Of a stretch of 64,000 nt of DNA, positions 18,653 to 27,433 are shown one piece after another (position 1 is the first letter of the stretch; the number at the start of each line of letters is the position of its first letter). The DNA comes from Gammaproteobacteria bacterium. Its GTDB lineage: Bacteria; Pseudomonadota; Gammaproteobacteria; JAJDOJ01. The stretch spans positions 16,657 to 80,656 of the forward strand of contig JALSSO010000081.1 in NCBI GenBank assembly GCA_026984215.1, read 5' to 3'. The notes beneath the pieces were generated by a model. That model did no database searches. It was not told the DNA's origin and saw only the letters and a program-made list of their open reading frames with translations. The translations under genes were made by a program, and so were the position numbers.

Positions 18653-20290
18653 TCACCCGGCGCAGCAGGACAACTGGCCGACATCCTTGCGGAAGGTCTG
18701 CGCGCAGAGCTTGAGCCCCTCGACCAGGGTCAGGTAGGGAAAGAGCCGTCCGGCCAGCTCGTCCACGGTCATGCCGGCACCGATGGCCAGGGCCGCGCTC
18801 TGGATCACCTCCCCCGCACCGGCTGCCAGCACCTGAGCGCCGAGCAGCCGCCCGTGGCGCGCGTCGGCCACCAGCTTGATGAACCCGCGGGTGTCGAAGT
18901 TGGCCAGGGCCCGGGGAACCTGCCCCAGGTCCAGGATCCGGGCCTCCGCCTCCAGGCCCCGCTGGCGCGCCTGCGTCTCGGTCAGCCCCACGCTGGCCAC
19001 CGCCGGGTCCGTGAACGTCACGGTGGGCAGCACGGAGAGGTCCAGGCGCGCATCGCCGCCCGTGAGATTGACGGCGGCCCGCGTGCCCGCCGCGGCGGCC
19101 ACGTAGACGTATTGGGGCAGCTCGGTGCAGTCGCCGGCGGCGTAGATGTGAGAAACCGAGGTGCGCAGATGGTCATCGACGAGGATCGCACCCTGGACAT
19201 CGGTCTCGACACCGATGCGTTCCAGACCCAGCCCGGCGGTGTTGGGCGTGCGCCCGGTGGCCACCAGCAGCCGGTCGCCTTCGATCACACCGTGCCGGGT
19301 CTCCAGGACAAAACCGCCGACCCCGTGCCTGACGGCGGTGGGTACGGTGTCGCAAAGCACGCGGATCCCCTCGGCCTCGAAGGCGGCGCGCAGCCCCGCC
19401 CCCAGGGCTGGATCCTCTCGCGAGAGCAGGCGGCTGCGCGCGAGGATCGTCACCGCCGCGCCGAGCCGCCGGAAGGCCTGGCCCAGCTCCACGGCCACCA
19501 CCGAGCCGCCCAGAATCACCAAATGCTCCGGGACCGTCTCCGCCGCCAAGGCCTCGGTGGAGGTCCAGAACGGCGTGTCGGCGAGTCCCGGAATCTCAGG
19601 AACGGCCGGCCGCGCGCCGGTGGCGATCAGCACGCCCTCGGCTCGAACCTCGGTCTCGGTCCCGTCCGCGTGGCGCACGAGCAGCCTGTGGGGGGTCGCG
19701 AAACGAGCCCGGCCCCGCAGCAGCCGGATGGTCTCCCGACCCTCCAGGAGGGCCTCGTACTTGACGTGGCGCAGCTCGGCGACCCGCGCCTGCTGCTGGC
19801 GCAGCTGGGCGGCCCGGTCGACGGCGGGCACGCAATGGGCCAACCCTTCGAACGGATGCCGAGCCTGCAGATGGGCGATCTCCGCCAGGCGGATGAGAAT
19901 CTTCGAGGGCACACAACCCACGTTCACGCAGGTCCCGCCCAGCACCGGGGCGGCCTCCACGAGCGTTACCTGCGCGCCACGCGAGGCGGCCTCCAGCGCC
20001 GCCGCGAAGGCCGCCGAGCCACCGCCCACGATGGCGATCCGGGTCGCGGGGCCGCCGGCCATCGACTCGGACCGCGGGCGTTCCTCCAGCAGTCGCGCTC
20101 GGTAGCCGCTCTCCGCCACGGCTCGTACCAGGGCCTCCGGCGACACCCCCTGATCCACCTCCACCCGCGCCGTGGCGCTGGCGAAATCCACATGCGCCCG
20201 CACCCCCGGCACGGCGTTCAGGGCCGCCTCGACGCTGCGCGCGCAGTGCTCGCAGGTCATGCCCGTGATCCGCAGCGACCTGCGGTTCAT
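18653..20290 (-). CDS. merA: Mercuric reductase with an N-terminal HMA (NmerA) domain
   Basis: The start MNRRSLRITGMTCEHC (GMTCxxC heavy-metal-associated motif), the redox-active GTCVNVGCVPSK and the C-terminal vicinal cysteines ...QLSCCAG are all diagnostic of MerA. ATG at 20290 overlaps the merT stop. Confidence 0.9.
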   Translation of the reverse strand: MNRRSLRITGMTCEHCARSVEAALNAVPGVRAHVDFASATARVEVDQGVSPEALVRAVAESGYRARLLEERPRSESMAGGPATRIAIVGGGSAAFAAALEAASRGAQVTLVEAAPVLGGTCVNVGCVPSKILIRLAEIAHLQARHPFEGLAHCVPAVDRAAQLRQQQARVAELRHVKYEALLEGRETIRLLRGRARFATPHRLLVRHADGTETEVRAEGVLIATGARPAVPEIPGLADTPFWTSTEALAAETVPEHLVILGGSVVAVELGQAFRRLGAAVTILARSRLLSREDPALGAGLRAAFEAEGIRVLCDTVPTAVRHGVGGFVLETRHGVIEGDRLLVATGRTPNTAGLGLERIGVETDVQGAILVDDHLRTSVSHIYAAGDCTELPQYVYVAAAAGTRAAVNLTGGDARLDLSVLPTVTFTDPAVASVGLTETQARQRGLEAEARILDLGQVPRALANFDTRGFIKLVADARHGRLLGAQVLAAGAGEVIQSAALAIGAGMTVDELAGRLFPYLTLVEGLKLCAQTFRKDVGQLSCCAG

Positions 20291-20643
20291 GGCAGGAACA
20301 ACGTGCCGTAGTAAGGGAAGGCCACCAGCATCACAGCCACCAGCGCCACGCCCCAGAACACCCGACGCGCCCGGCGCCGGGCCGGCGAGACGGCGCATGC
20401 ACCCTGCGTCCCGCAAACGGCCGGCACCCGGTACAACCGCCAGCCGGCCAGCCCGAGCAGCGCCGCGGTGAGGCCGATGAACACCGGCCGGTACGGCGCC
20501 AGTGCCGTGACCGCGCTCATCCAGGCCCCGCCAAGCCCGAGCGTTGCAAGTACGAACGGCCCGAGGCAGCAGGCCGAGGCGCCCAAGGCGGTGAGCAGGG
20601 CGGCGGCCAGGCCAGGCGCGTTGCCAGGTTCTACATCCGGCAT
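20287..20643 (-). CDS. merT: Mercuric ion transport protein MerT
   Basis: 119 aa from MPDVEPGNAPGLAAALLTALGASACCLGPFVLATLGLGGAW. It has the TM1 CC pair and a second Cys pair (CGTQGAC), matching Tn501/Tn21 MerT topology. Confidence 0.85.
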   Translation of the reverse strand: MPDVEPGNAPGLAAALLTALGASACCLGPFVLATLGLGGAWMSAVTALAPYRPVFIGLTAALLGLAGWRLYRVPAVCGTQGACAVSPARRRARRVFWGVALVAVMLVAFPYYGTLFLP

Positions 20644-20694
20644 GAAGACAGCTCCGCACGCAAGTGCATGATCGAACCACACCGGATTGTGCGG

Positions 20695-20717
20695 TCCGTA
20701 CCGAGGTACGGAGTCAA
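20695..20717 (-). promoter_or_regulatory. MerR-type operator/promoter: perfect dyad TCCGTAC-N4-GTACGGA abutting a TTGACT -35, with the 19-bp spacer characteristic of Pmer
   Basis: On the merT-coding strand the sequence reads cTTGACTCCGTACCTCGGTACGGACCgcacaat. Tn21/Tn501 Pmer reads TTGACTCCGTACATGAGTACGGAAGTAAGGT. Located 52-75 bp upstream of the merT ATG. Confidence 0.65.
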
Positions 20718-20778
20718 GGCCCGCGCCGTCGCACGGACGGGCGGGCGACGCCCCCCTGGCGCACCCCCACGGCGGGGC

Positions 20779-22074
20779 TCAAAACGACAGGAACAGCCCG
20801 TAGCCCATGGTGAGCACGCCCAGCAGGACCAGACCGAGGAAGGCCGTGCGCTGGACGCGCCAACCACCGATGGTGACCGCGTAGATCGCCTTGAGGAAGT
20901 TGTTGCTGCCGGCGGCGATGAACAGGGCACCGGCCAGGCTGTGCATGCCCGCGGCGCGGTAGTGCCCGTTGAGCAGGGACAGCACGAAGGGGTCGATGTC
21001 CGTGAACCCCACCACGAAGGACAGGGCCTGGAGGCCGGCGTTGCCGAACCGGTGCAGCACCGCGTCGGTGAGCACCAGCATCACGATGAACAGCACTGCG
21101 AACAGGGCGGCGGTACCCAATTCCAGGGGGTTGTGCCCGGCGGCCTCGTCGCGCGTCTCCCGGGACGCCTGCCCCGCGCGGGCGCGTAACACGCCGTAAC
21201 CGATGGCCGCCAGGCCGAACATCGTGAACGGCACCGCCGTGGCGGGAAAGAAGTCGCGGTTCAACAGGAGCACCAGGGCGAGCAGGCGCAGATACATCAT
21301 CCCCGAGGCCGCGATGGTGGCGGCGGCCAGGGGAGCCCGCGCGCCGGGCTCCACGCGGCTGCGCCGGGCCAGCACGATGGTGGTGGCGGTGCTCGAATAC
21401 AGGCCGCCCAACAGACCCGTGACCAAGTAACCCTGCCGGGGAAACAGATAGCGCTGGAGGATGTATCCGAGATAGGAAATGCCCGAGATGGCCACCACCG
21501 CCACCCAGATCTTGTAGGGCGTGGCGGGCAGCCATTCGGCCACCGGCCGGTCGGGCATCAGGGGGAGGATCACCGCGGCCAGCAGGAGGAACTTGGCCAG
21601 GGTGACCAGCTCCCCCGGCGCGATGCGTTCGCTCAACCGATGCGTGAACGGCCGGGCGTTGAGCACGAACACCACCGCCACGAACAGCAACACGAGAAAC
21701 CACGGGGGCAGCAAGGTGGCGCTGGGACCGTAGGTATACACCACCAGAGCGATCAAAGGCTGCAGGATGCCCGTCTGCCCCGCACGGAGCTTCTGGTGAT
21801 AGAACAGCAAATAGAAGAGCACCACCGCGGCCATGCCCCCCAGATACAGCCGCCAGGCGGGGTCCAGGGCGTGGAGGACGAAGCCCAACAGGGCGATGAA
21901 GGTCAAGGTGCGTGCACTGCCGGCCTTGACGTGCGAGCCCTCGGCGTGATCGGCGTTCTTCGACAGCAGGTACTCGCGCATCTCCAGCCCGGTGAGAAAG
22001 CCGAACAGCCCCACCAGGAGGAAGCGCGCCCAGAGCGCGGAGAGCAATGGTGCGAACTGGGCGCCCTCAGCCAT
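20779..22074 (-). CDS. MgtC-N-terminal plus DUF4010-family integral membrane protein
   Basis: 431 aa, about 10 TM segments. Has the MgtC/SapB-like N-terminus followed by the DUF4010 architecture. Confidence 0.65.
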   Translation of the reverse strand: MAEGAQFAPLLSALWARFLLVGLFGFLTGLEMREYLLSKNADHAEGSHVKAGSARTLTFIALLGFVLHALDPAWRLYLGGMAAVVLFYLLFYHQKLRAGQTGILQPLIALVVYTYGPSATLLPPWFLVLLFVAVVFVLNARPFTHRLSERIAPGELVTLAKFLLLAAVILPLMPDRPVAEWLPATPYKIWVAVVAISGISYLGYILQRYLFPRQGYLVTGLLGGLYSSTATTIVLARRSRVEPGARAPLAAATIAASGMMYLRLLALVLLLNRDFFPATAVPFTMFGLAAIGYGVLRARAGQASRETRDEAAGHNPLELGTAALFAVLFIVMLVLTDAVLHRFGNAGLQALSFVVGFTDIDPFVLSLLNGHYRAAGMHSLAGALFIAAGSNNFLKAIYAVTIGGWRVQRTAFLGLVLLGVLTMGYGLFLSF

Positions 22075-22207
22075 GTGCGAAACTCACCCCCCGGGCCTCG
22101 GTGGATCAACGGTTGGCCGAAACGGGTTCATGCCCGCGACTATGCAGAGACCGCTCCCGCAAGGCAAGCGCCACCGCCCCGCTGGAGGCACCCAGCGGCC
22201 CGCCGGG

Positions 22208-22984
22208 TCACGGCCGCCCGCCTGCCCAGCCATCGCATCCGAAGAGACGACGCCGTCCCGCGCCGGCCAGGGCCAGCACCGCAAGCGCCCACACGATCGC
22301 CGGGCCGGAGGGCAGATCGAGGGCCGCGGACACCGCTAGACCCACCGCATAGCCCAGCGCCCCGATCAGGTACCCGCGGACCAGCGCCGTCGGCGGATCC
22401 AGCCCCCGCACCGCCAGTGCGGGTAGGATCAGGGTCGCGAATACGAGGTACACGCCCACGAGCTGGACCGAGGCGGTCACCGCCACGGCGAATACGAGAT
22501 AGAAGACCACCCCTGCCGGGCGCAGCGCGTGGACGAGGAGCAGCCCTGCGTACAGTACCGCCACCACGGCCAACTGGCGCCAACCCACCCACAGGATCTG
22601 TCCCGCCAGCAGGGCCTTGATCTGCTCCCCGCCATGGGGGTGATCGGCCACCGCGAGCAGGCTGGCGGTGACGGTGAGCACGAAGGCCACGCCGATGAGC
22701 GCCTCTTGGATCTGTGGCCAGCACCGCTCGAGTCCGTGGAGGATGGCGGCGCCGATCAACGCACTGGCCCCGGCGGCGAGCTGCACCTGCCAGTCCCCGC
22801 CGTGGAACCCCAATGCCTCGGCGGCGATGACGCCGAGACCGGCCATCTGGGCCGCGGCCAGGTCTCTGAAAATGATCCCGCGGGCGAGCACCTGGCGTCC
22901 CAGCGGTAGGTGCGTGGACAGCACCAGTAGTCCCGCCGCGAAGGCCGGGAGCAACACCCCCAGATCGAAGGCACCCCAGTTCAC
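22208..22984 (-). CDS. ABC-3 family metal (Zn/Mn/Fe) transporter permease (ZnuB/MntB-like)
   Basis: Membrane protein with the ABC-3 signature (...ALIGAAILHGLER...). GTG start at 22984 (VNWGAFDLGVLLP), overlapping the upstream SBP remnant. No cognate ATPase gene anywhere nearby. Confidence 0.7.
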   Translation of the reverse strand: MNWGAFDLGVLLPAFAAGLLVLSTHLPLGRQVLARGIIFRDLAAAQMAGLGVIAAEALGFHGGDWQVQLAAGASALIGAAILHGLERCWPQIQEALIGVAFVLTVTASLLAVADHPHGGEQIKALLAGQILWVGWRQLAVVAVLYAGLLLVHALRPAGVVFYLVFAVAVTASVQLVGVYLVFATLILPALAVRGLDPPTALVRGYLIGALGYAVGLAVSAALDLPSGPAIVWALAVLALAGAGRRRLFGCDGWAGGRP

Positions 22985-23698
22985 TGCAGGGCCTGGTGGA
23001 GCCGGGCCAGCGTCACATCGAACAATCCATAAAGGTCGTCCGCGCCCGGGGCCCCGCCCACGGTGAAGGGCAACACGGCCACGGGGATGCCGGTCTGCTC
23101 CGAGAGCCACTGTGCCGGCCGCAGGTCCATGTAGGCGGCCCGGAGGATCACGCGGGCGGGCTCGCGCGCCAGGCGCTGTTTCAATGCAGCCAGATGGCCG
23201 GGCGTGGGTGGGATTCCCGGCTTGGGCTCGAGCTCACCCACGCGCTTCAGGCCCAACCAGTCCTCGAGATACACCCACTGATCGTGGTGGACCACGATCG
23301 GCAGGCCACGCAGATCGGCCCCCTGGCGGCTCCAGCGCCCGGCGCCAGTCGGCCTCGAACCGTTTCCAGCGGGCCGCGTAGTCCTCGGCGTGTCCTGGAT
23401 CCAGTCGGCCAAGCCGCCGCGCCAACGCCTCGGCGATCTTCAACAGCCGTCGCGGATCGAGATGCACATGGGGATTGCCCTGTGGATGGATGTCTCCTTC
23501 GGCGCGGCTCAGACGCTTCGGGATCTCGAGCAGACGCACCTGCCGGGCCGCCAGGAAATGGCCCGGCGCGCCCGGCTGAACGGGGAAGACGCCGCGCAAC
23601 GACTGCGGCCCGATGAACGTGCTTTGTGGTATATCAACCCAAAAGGCGAGGCGGCGGCCGGCTTGCACGGCGCCAAACGGAGGGGAAGATGCCGACAA
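22981..23698 (-). pseudogene. Remnant of a TroA/ZnuA-family periplasmic metal-binding protein: 5'-truncated, with a +1 frameshift in a C5 homopolymer (23319-23323)
   Basis: Two overlapping frames (ORFs 23234..23698 and 22981..23412) together give GNPHVHLDP...YAARWKRFEADWRRALEPPG|ADLRGLPIVVHHDQWVYLEDWLGL...IPVAVLPFTVGG, which is a ZnuA-like sequence. Removing one C restores the frame. The N-terminal roughly 100 aa and the signal peptide are absent; the region is occupied by ppk2 on the other strand. Confidence 0.55.
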
Positions 23699-24540
23699 CC
23701 GATTATCGGACGCGCTTCAGGATCGCGCCGGGCACGCGGGTGCGGTTGCGGGACCACGACCCGGGTTACAAGGACCGGCACCGATCCAAGAAAGAGGCCG
23801 CCCCCGAGATCGAACGCTACGCCCGGCGCCTGCGCGAGCTCCAGTACCTGCTCTACGCCGAGGGGCGGCGCAGTCTGCTGATCGTCCTGCAGGCCCTGGA
23901 TGCGGGCGGCAAGGACGGCACCATCCGCCACGTGCTCGGCTACATGAATCCCCAGGGCTGCCGCGTGCACGCCTTCAAGGTCCCCACCCCCGAGGAGGCC
24001 GCCCACGATTTCCTGTGGCGCGTGCACCAGGCGGCTCCACGTATCGGGGAGGCGGCCATCTTCAACCGCTCCCACTACGAGGACGTGCTCGTGACCCGCG
24101 TGCACGGCTTGGTGTCCAAGTCCGAGTGCAAGGCCCGCTACGCGCACATCAACGCCTTCGAGCGGTTGCTGGCCGACCGCGCTACGGTGATCCTGAAGTT
24201 CTTCCTGCACATCAGCGCCGAAGAACAACTGCGCCGTTTCCGCAAGCGACTCGACGATCCCAAACGCTGGTGGAAACTCAGCGAGGCCGACTTCGAGGAA
24301 CGTCGGTACTGGGACGCCTATCAGGAAGCCTACGAAGACGCCCTGTCCCGGTGCAGTACCGAACACGCCCCCTGGTTCGTCATCCCGGCCGACCACAAGT
24401 GGTTCCGCAACTTGGCCGTTTCCCGGATCGTGGTCGAAACCCTGGAGGCACTGGACATGTCCTTTCCGCCCCCCAAGGTGGACATCGAGGCCCTGCGGGC
24501 ACGCTGGCGGGAACTCGCCGGAAAGGAACGGGAATCCTGA
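23689..24540 (+). CDS. ppk2: Polyphosphate kinase 2 family (polyphosphate:nucleotide phosphotransferase)
   Basis: 284 aa. LLIVLQALDAGGKDGTIRHV (Walker A-like), ...FNRSHYEDVLV..., ...KFFLHISAEEQLRRFRKR... are PPK2 motifs. Good RBS ggaggggaag before the ATG at 23689. Confidence 0.85.
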   Translation: MPTTDYRTRFRIAPGTRVRLRDHDPGYKDRHRSKKEAAPEIERYARRLRELQYLLYAEGRRSLLIVLQALDAGGKDGTIRHVLGYMNPQGCRVHAFKVPTPEEAAHDFLWRVHQAAPRIGEAAIFNRSHYEDVLVTRVHGLVSKSECKARYAHINAFERLLADRATVILKFFLHISAEEQLRRFRKRLDDPKRWWKLSEADFEERRYWDAYQEAYEDALSRCSTEHAPWFVIPADHKWFRNLAVSRIVVETLEALDMSFPPPKVDIEALRARWRELAGKERES

Positions 24541-24648
24541 CCGCGGCCGACGCCGCGGTCGCCGACCCTTGCGCACGATCAATCCCCCTTTTCGCCCGGG
24601 CAATTAGCGTATAGGACCCGTTCGGTCCGACGAGAGGAGGGTTCCACC

Positions 24649-25698
24649 ATGGCCGACATCCAAGCACTGCTCGGCGACGAGGCCGAGGATTTGCTCACGC
24701 ACGTCTGCACCACCATCCCCAAGGAACGCCTGCATCCACCGGGGCCGGACTACGTGGACCACGTGGTGGCACCCAAGGACCGCAACCCGCGGGTGTTGCG
24801 CAACCTGCAGGCGCTGTTCGACCACGGCCGCCTCGCCGGCACCGGATATCTCTCCATCCTGCCGGTGGACCAAGGCGTGGAGCACTCGGCTGGCGCCTCT
24901 TTCGCGCCCAATCCGGACTATTTCGATCCGGAGAACATCGTGCGCCTGGCCATCGAGGGTGGCTGCAACGCCGTGGCCTCCACGCTGGGCGTGCTGGGCT
25001 CGGTGGCCCGCAAGTATGCGCACCGGATCCCATTCATCCTCAAGATCAACCACAACGAGCTGCTCACCTACCCCAACCATTACGATCAGACGCTGTTCGC
25101 CAGCGTGGAACAGGCCTTCGACATGGGCGCGGTGGCCGTCGGCGCCACCGTCTACTACGGCTCGCCCGAATGCCGGCGCCAGATCCAGGAGGTCAGCGAG
25201 GCATTCCAGCACGCCCACGAACTCGGCATGGCCACGGTCCTGTGGGCCTATCTGCGCAACAGCGCCTTCAAGAAGGACGGCGTCGACTACCACACCGCCG
25301 CCGATCTCACGGGACAGGCCAACCACTTGGCGGCCACCATCGACGCCGACATCGTCAAGCAGAAACAGGCTCAGACCAACGGCGGTTACACCGCCATCGG
25401 GTTCGGACGCACCCACCCCTGGGTCTACGAGCGGCTGACCTCGAACCACCCCATCGACCTGGTGCGTTACCAAGTGGCCAATTGCTACATGGGTCGCGTG
25501 GGGATGATCAACTCCGGCGGCGCTTCCGGCAGGGACGATCTGGCCCAGGCCGTGCGCACGGCGGTGATCAACAAACGCGCCGGAGGGATGGGACTGATCT
25601 CGGGCCGCAAGGCCTTCCAGAAACCCATGGCCGAGGGCATCGAGTTGCTGCACCACATCCAGGACGTCTATCTCTCCCCGGACGTGACCCTCGCCTGA
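24649..25698 (+). CDS. fbaB: Class I fructose-bisphosphate aldolase (FbaB type)
   Basis: Near-colinear with E. coli FbaB ([25 protein letters not shown]...[12 protein letters not shown]...[17 protein letters not shown]). Confidence 0.9.
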   Translation: MADIQALLGDEAEDLLTHVCTTIPKERLHPPGPDYVDHVVAPKDRNPRVLRNLQALFDHGRLAGTGYLSILPVDQGVEHSAGASFAPNPDYFDPENIVRLAIEGGCNAVASTLGVLGSVARKYAHRIPFILKINHNELLTYPNHYDQTLFASVEQAFDMGAVAVGATVYYGSPECRRQIQEVSEAFQHAHELGMATVLWAYLRNSAFKKDGVDYHTAADLTGQANHLAATIDADIVKQKQAQTNGGYTAIGFGRTHPWVYERLTSNHPIDLVRYQVANCYMGRVGMINSGGASGRDDLAQAVRTAVINKRAGGMGLISGRKAFQKPMAEGIELLHHIQDVYLSPDVTLA

Positions 25699-25728
25699 GC
25701 CGAGCGCCACGCGACGGAGCGAGCACGA

Positions 25729-26955
25729 GTGCTCAATGCCCTGGAGGTGATGGGCATCGCCATCGTGGCCGGGCTGGCCGCGGGCAGGCTTGCCGAGCGC
25801 ATCTCGGTCCCCTCGGTGGCCGGCTACGTAGTGGTCGGCGTACTCCTGGGCGAGTCCGTATTCGGCGTGTTCAATGCGACAGTGCTCGATCGGATGGGCA
25901 TCGTGGGCGACCTGGCCCTGGGGATCATCGCCTTCTCCATCGGCGGAGAGTTGGAATGGCGGGTGGTCCGCCGACTCGCCCGTTCGCTGTTCCCCATCGT
26001 GCTGCTGGAGGCCTTTGGCGCCATGGTGGCGGTTACGGGCGCGGTCTGGTGGCTGACCGCGGACCCGCCGCTCGCCCTGGTGCTGGGAGCGATCTCGGCG
26101 GCCACCGCGCCGGCGGCCACGATCATGGTGGTTCGTGAGCTGCGAGCCTCCGGGGTACTGACCCGCACCCTCATGGCCGTGGTCGGCATCGACGACGCCA
26201 TCGCGCTGGTGCTCTACGGAGTCGGCTCGGCGATGGCCAAGGCCATGCTGACGGGCGGGGCCGAAGTCTCCTGGACCGCGGTGGGCGCGGCCGCGGGCTG
26301 GGAGATCGGTGGCGCGCTGGCCCTGGGTGCGGCCGCCGGTCTGGCGGTGGGACCGCTGCTGTCGCGTCTCGACTCGCGCGAGCACGTGTTGTCGCTGGCC
26401 GTCGGCGCCCTGGTGGGCATCGCCGGCGTGGCCGAGTGGCTGGACTTCTCGCCCCTGCTGGCGAACATGACCTTCGGTGTACTGCTCATCAACATCGCCC
26501 CCATCTCCACCCGAGCGCTGGTGGAGGACGTATCGCTGCTGGGTGCGCCGATCCTCATCGGGTTCTTCGTGCTGGCCGGGGCGCACCTGCGGGTCGACCT
26601 CCTGCCCGCCCTGGGCCTGCTCGGATTGGTCTATCTGCTGGCCCGCATGGCGGGCAAGGTCTCCGGTGCCTGGTTGGGCGCCGTGCTTTCCGGCGCCGAC
26701 CCCCAGGTCCGCCGCAACATCGGACTCGGCCTGCTTTCGCAGGTGGGCATCGCCATCGGCCTGTCGCTGGTGGTGGCCAACGAGTTCTCCGCCTACGGAG
26801 AGGCGGGAAGACGGCTGGCCGTCACGGTGATCAACGTACTGCTGGCCACCACGGTGGTGACCGAGGTGGTCGGCCCCTGGCTCACCCGACAAGCCCTGAT
26901 CCGGGCCGGAGAAGCCGGACGCATGGACGAGGAACCCAGGAGAACGGTCCCATGA
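25729..26955 (+). CDS. Cation:proton antiporter (Na+/H+ exchanger family, PF00999-like)
   Basis: 408 aa, 11-12 TM segments. N-terminal ...GRLAERISVPSVAGYVVVGVLLGESVFGV... is typical of CPA antiporters. Confidence 0.8.
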   Translation: MLNALEVMGIAIVAGLAAGRLAERISVPSVAGYVVVGVLLGESVFGVFNATVLDRMGIVGDLALGIIAFSIGGELEWRVVRRLARSLFPIVLLEAFGAMVAVTGAVWWLTADPPLALVLGAISAATAPAATIMVVRELRASGVLTRTLMAVVGIDDAIALVLYGVGSAMAKAMLTGGAEVSWTAVGAAAGWEIGGALALGAAAGLAVGPLLSRLDSREHVLSLAVGALVGIAGVAEWLDFSPLLANMTFGVLLINIAPISTRALVEDVSLLGAPILIGFFVLAGAHLRVDLLPALGLLGLVYLLARMAGKVSGAWLGAVLSGADPQVRRNIGLGLLSQVGIAIGLSLVVANEFSAYGEAGRRLAVTVINVLLATTVVTEVVGPWLTRQALIRAGEAGRMDEEPRRTVP

Positions 26956-27296
26956 AACGCCTGCTCATGGTCAACCTGCACGAAATCGAATTTCTGGAGG
27001 AGACGCTCCGGATCCTGGCCCGGGCGCATGTGACCGATTGTGTGGTCCAGGAGGCCGAGTCGGTGGTCAGCCATCACACCGGCGACACCCTTGAGCCCAG
27101 CGTCATGGCCTCCATCGCCGGCCTGTTCAAGCAGGAACGCAACATCAATTACCTGATCCATGCGATCCTCGACGAGGACTGCTGCGCCTGGGTGGCCGAG
27201 CGGCTGCGCGCACTCTACAAGGAAGACCGCTACGCCTGTTCTTTCTGGTTCGTCCCCATCGAGCAGTACTGGTATCACAAAAACCCCGCCGAATGA
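26952..27296 (+). CDS. Small (114 aa) soluble protein translationally coupled to the antiporter. Its predicted beta-alpha-beta-beta-alpha-beta arrangement is compatible with a PII-like (ferredoxin-like) fold
   Basis: The ATG at 26952 overlaps the antiporter TGA (ATGA). MKRLLMVNLHEIEFLEETLRILARAHVTDCVVQEAESVV...INYLIHAIL..DEDCCAWVAERLRALYK...CSFWFVPIE. Fold assignment is an inference from the sequence pattern only. Confidence 0.5.
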   Translation: MKRLLMVNLHEIEFLEETLRILARAHVTDCVVQEAESVVSHHTGDTLEPSVMASIAGLFKQERNINYLIHAILDEDCCAWVAERLRALYKEDRYACSFWFVPIEQYWYHKNPAE

Positions 27297-27433
27297 CCCC
27301 TCGCGGGCGGGTGTGGAGCGCTGGAAAAAGCGCCGCTGCACGCATCGGCAACTCGGAAGGCATGCACCATGACTCCACTCGACTTGACCGATGAACAGGC
27401 CGGCCCCTGCGCAAGGCGCTCGCCATCCACCCT

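Noticed and set aside
20668-21189. A plus-strand ORF divergent from merT examined as a possible merR.
   Set aside because: It has no helix-turn-helix or Cys-triad MerR features and is fully antisense to the DUF4010 gene. Treated as a GC artefact.
26436-27296. A 286-aa ORF overlapping the antiporter 3' end.
   Set aside because: The first 170 codons lie in an alternative frame of the antiporter gene with no coding signal. Only the terminal 114 codons, starting at the ATGA overlap at 26952, look like a gene.
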